Origin: Neoechinorhynchus agilis
Taxonomy: Eukaryota; Animalia; Acanthocephala
Reading direction: 5' to 3'
Assembly (NCBI GenBank): GCA_051530055.1
Contig: CM121342.1
Span: 10,555,480-10,619,479 of the forward strand
DNA: 64,000 bases
Shown here: piece after piece, positions 63,553 through 64,000 of the stretch
Layout of the letters: the number at the start of each line of letters is the position of its first letter
Position numbering within the stretch: the first letter of the stretch is position 1
Notes under the pieces: generated by a model
What the model saw: only the letters and a program-made list of their open reading frames with translations
Told to the model about the DNA's origin: nothing
Databases searched by the model: none
Position numbers and translations under genes: made by a program

Positions 63553-64000
63553 ATGGCTAAGGGACAACGATCACTAAATTCATTCGACGACAAAGATAGA
63601 GAGCCAAACGACAAGATTGAAAAATTTATTCGCAATATAAAGAATCAACCGCGTGATGATAGCAGCCGTGCTGTAATTGGAGATCCGATCAAGATTCCCT
63701 ACGAATTGAAAGAAGGTGAAGTGTTGAGATGCTGGTCATGGTCATTTGAAGTTCAAGAGTATCTCCAGCGAGGGACATTTGGAAAAGTCGTGAGATGTAT
63801 AGAACAAGATTCTCAATGGTCCGTGGCATTGAAATTCTTAAATTGCACATCTGCCACTTCAATTTTGGAATGCGAAGAAGTTCGAATATCGAAGCTTCTT
63901 TGCATCAATCGCGCTTCCGATTACAACATTGTGGATCTTGTAAGTGCATTTTGGTACCGCGGTCATATTTGTATGGTATTCGAACTGTATTCGATGGATT
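63553..64000 (+). CDS. Second HIPK-like kinase paralogue, 5' part (runs off the window; absent from the ORF track)
   Basis: ATG at 63553, open to the window end: MAKGQRSLNSFDDKDREPNDKIEKF..YLQRGTFGKVVRC..VALKFL..HICMVFELYSMD. Inverted homologue of 5114-5780, including about 230 bp of upstream DNA. Confidence 0.9.
   Translation, partial: MAKGQRSLNSFDDKDREPNDKIEKFIRNIKNQPRDDSSRAVIGDPIKIPYELKEGEVLRCWSWSFEVQEYLQRGTFGKVVRCIEQDSQWSVALKFLNCTSATSILECEEVRISKLLCINRASDYNIVDLVSAFWYRGHICMVFELYSMD

Overview
This is AT-rich animal (metazoan) nuclear DNA, not prokaryotic. I see no CRISPR array, rRNA or convincing tRNA. Host genes are intron-poor, and most resolved introns are short (39-52 nt, plus one of 937 nt). 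They include Pumilio, NDUFS3, a kinesin-4 (KIF4-like), an LTV1-like gene, two inverted HIPK-like kinase paralogues, a strongly divergent hexokinase-fold gene, a tetraspanin-like gene and orphan membrane proteins. Roughly half of the window is repetitive: at least eight CRE-clade (RLE) non-LTR retrotransposon pieces, several CR1/L2-group LINE pieces, Penelope-like fragments with minimal hammerhead ribozyme motifs, Ty3/gypsy remnants, an R2/NeSL-like zinc-finger ORF, four tandem-repeat families and an (ATT)128 microsatellite. The most notable observations are: (1) a 104-bp TA-flanked insert with inverted repeats in the kinesin DLAGSER motif that cannot be spliced in frame as GT-AG or GC-AG, making it a candidate transposon-derived non-canonical intron; (2) a probable pseudo-hexokinase; (3) the same AAA-TAA-A +1 lesion in two otherwise open long ORFs; (4) HIPK-like kinases lacking the activation-loop tyrosine; (5) a satellite monomer with a covarying hairpin and Sm-like site, alongside genes with YAG directly before the ATG, which together hint at trans-splicing; and (6) a fold-back carrying two opposed hammerhead motifs. 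All family assignments come from motif recognition by eye, with no database searches. Transposon boundaries are approximate, and some oddities may be assembly artefacts.
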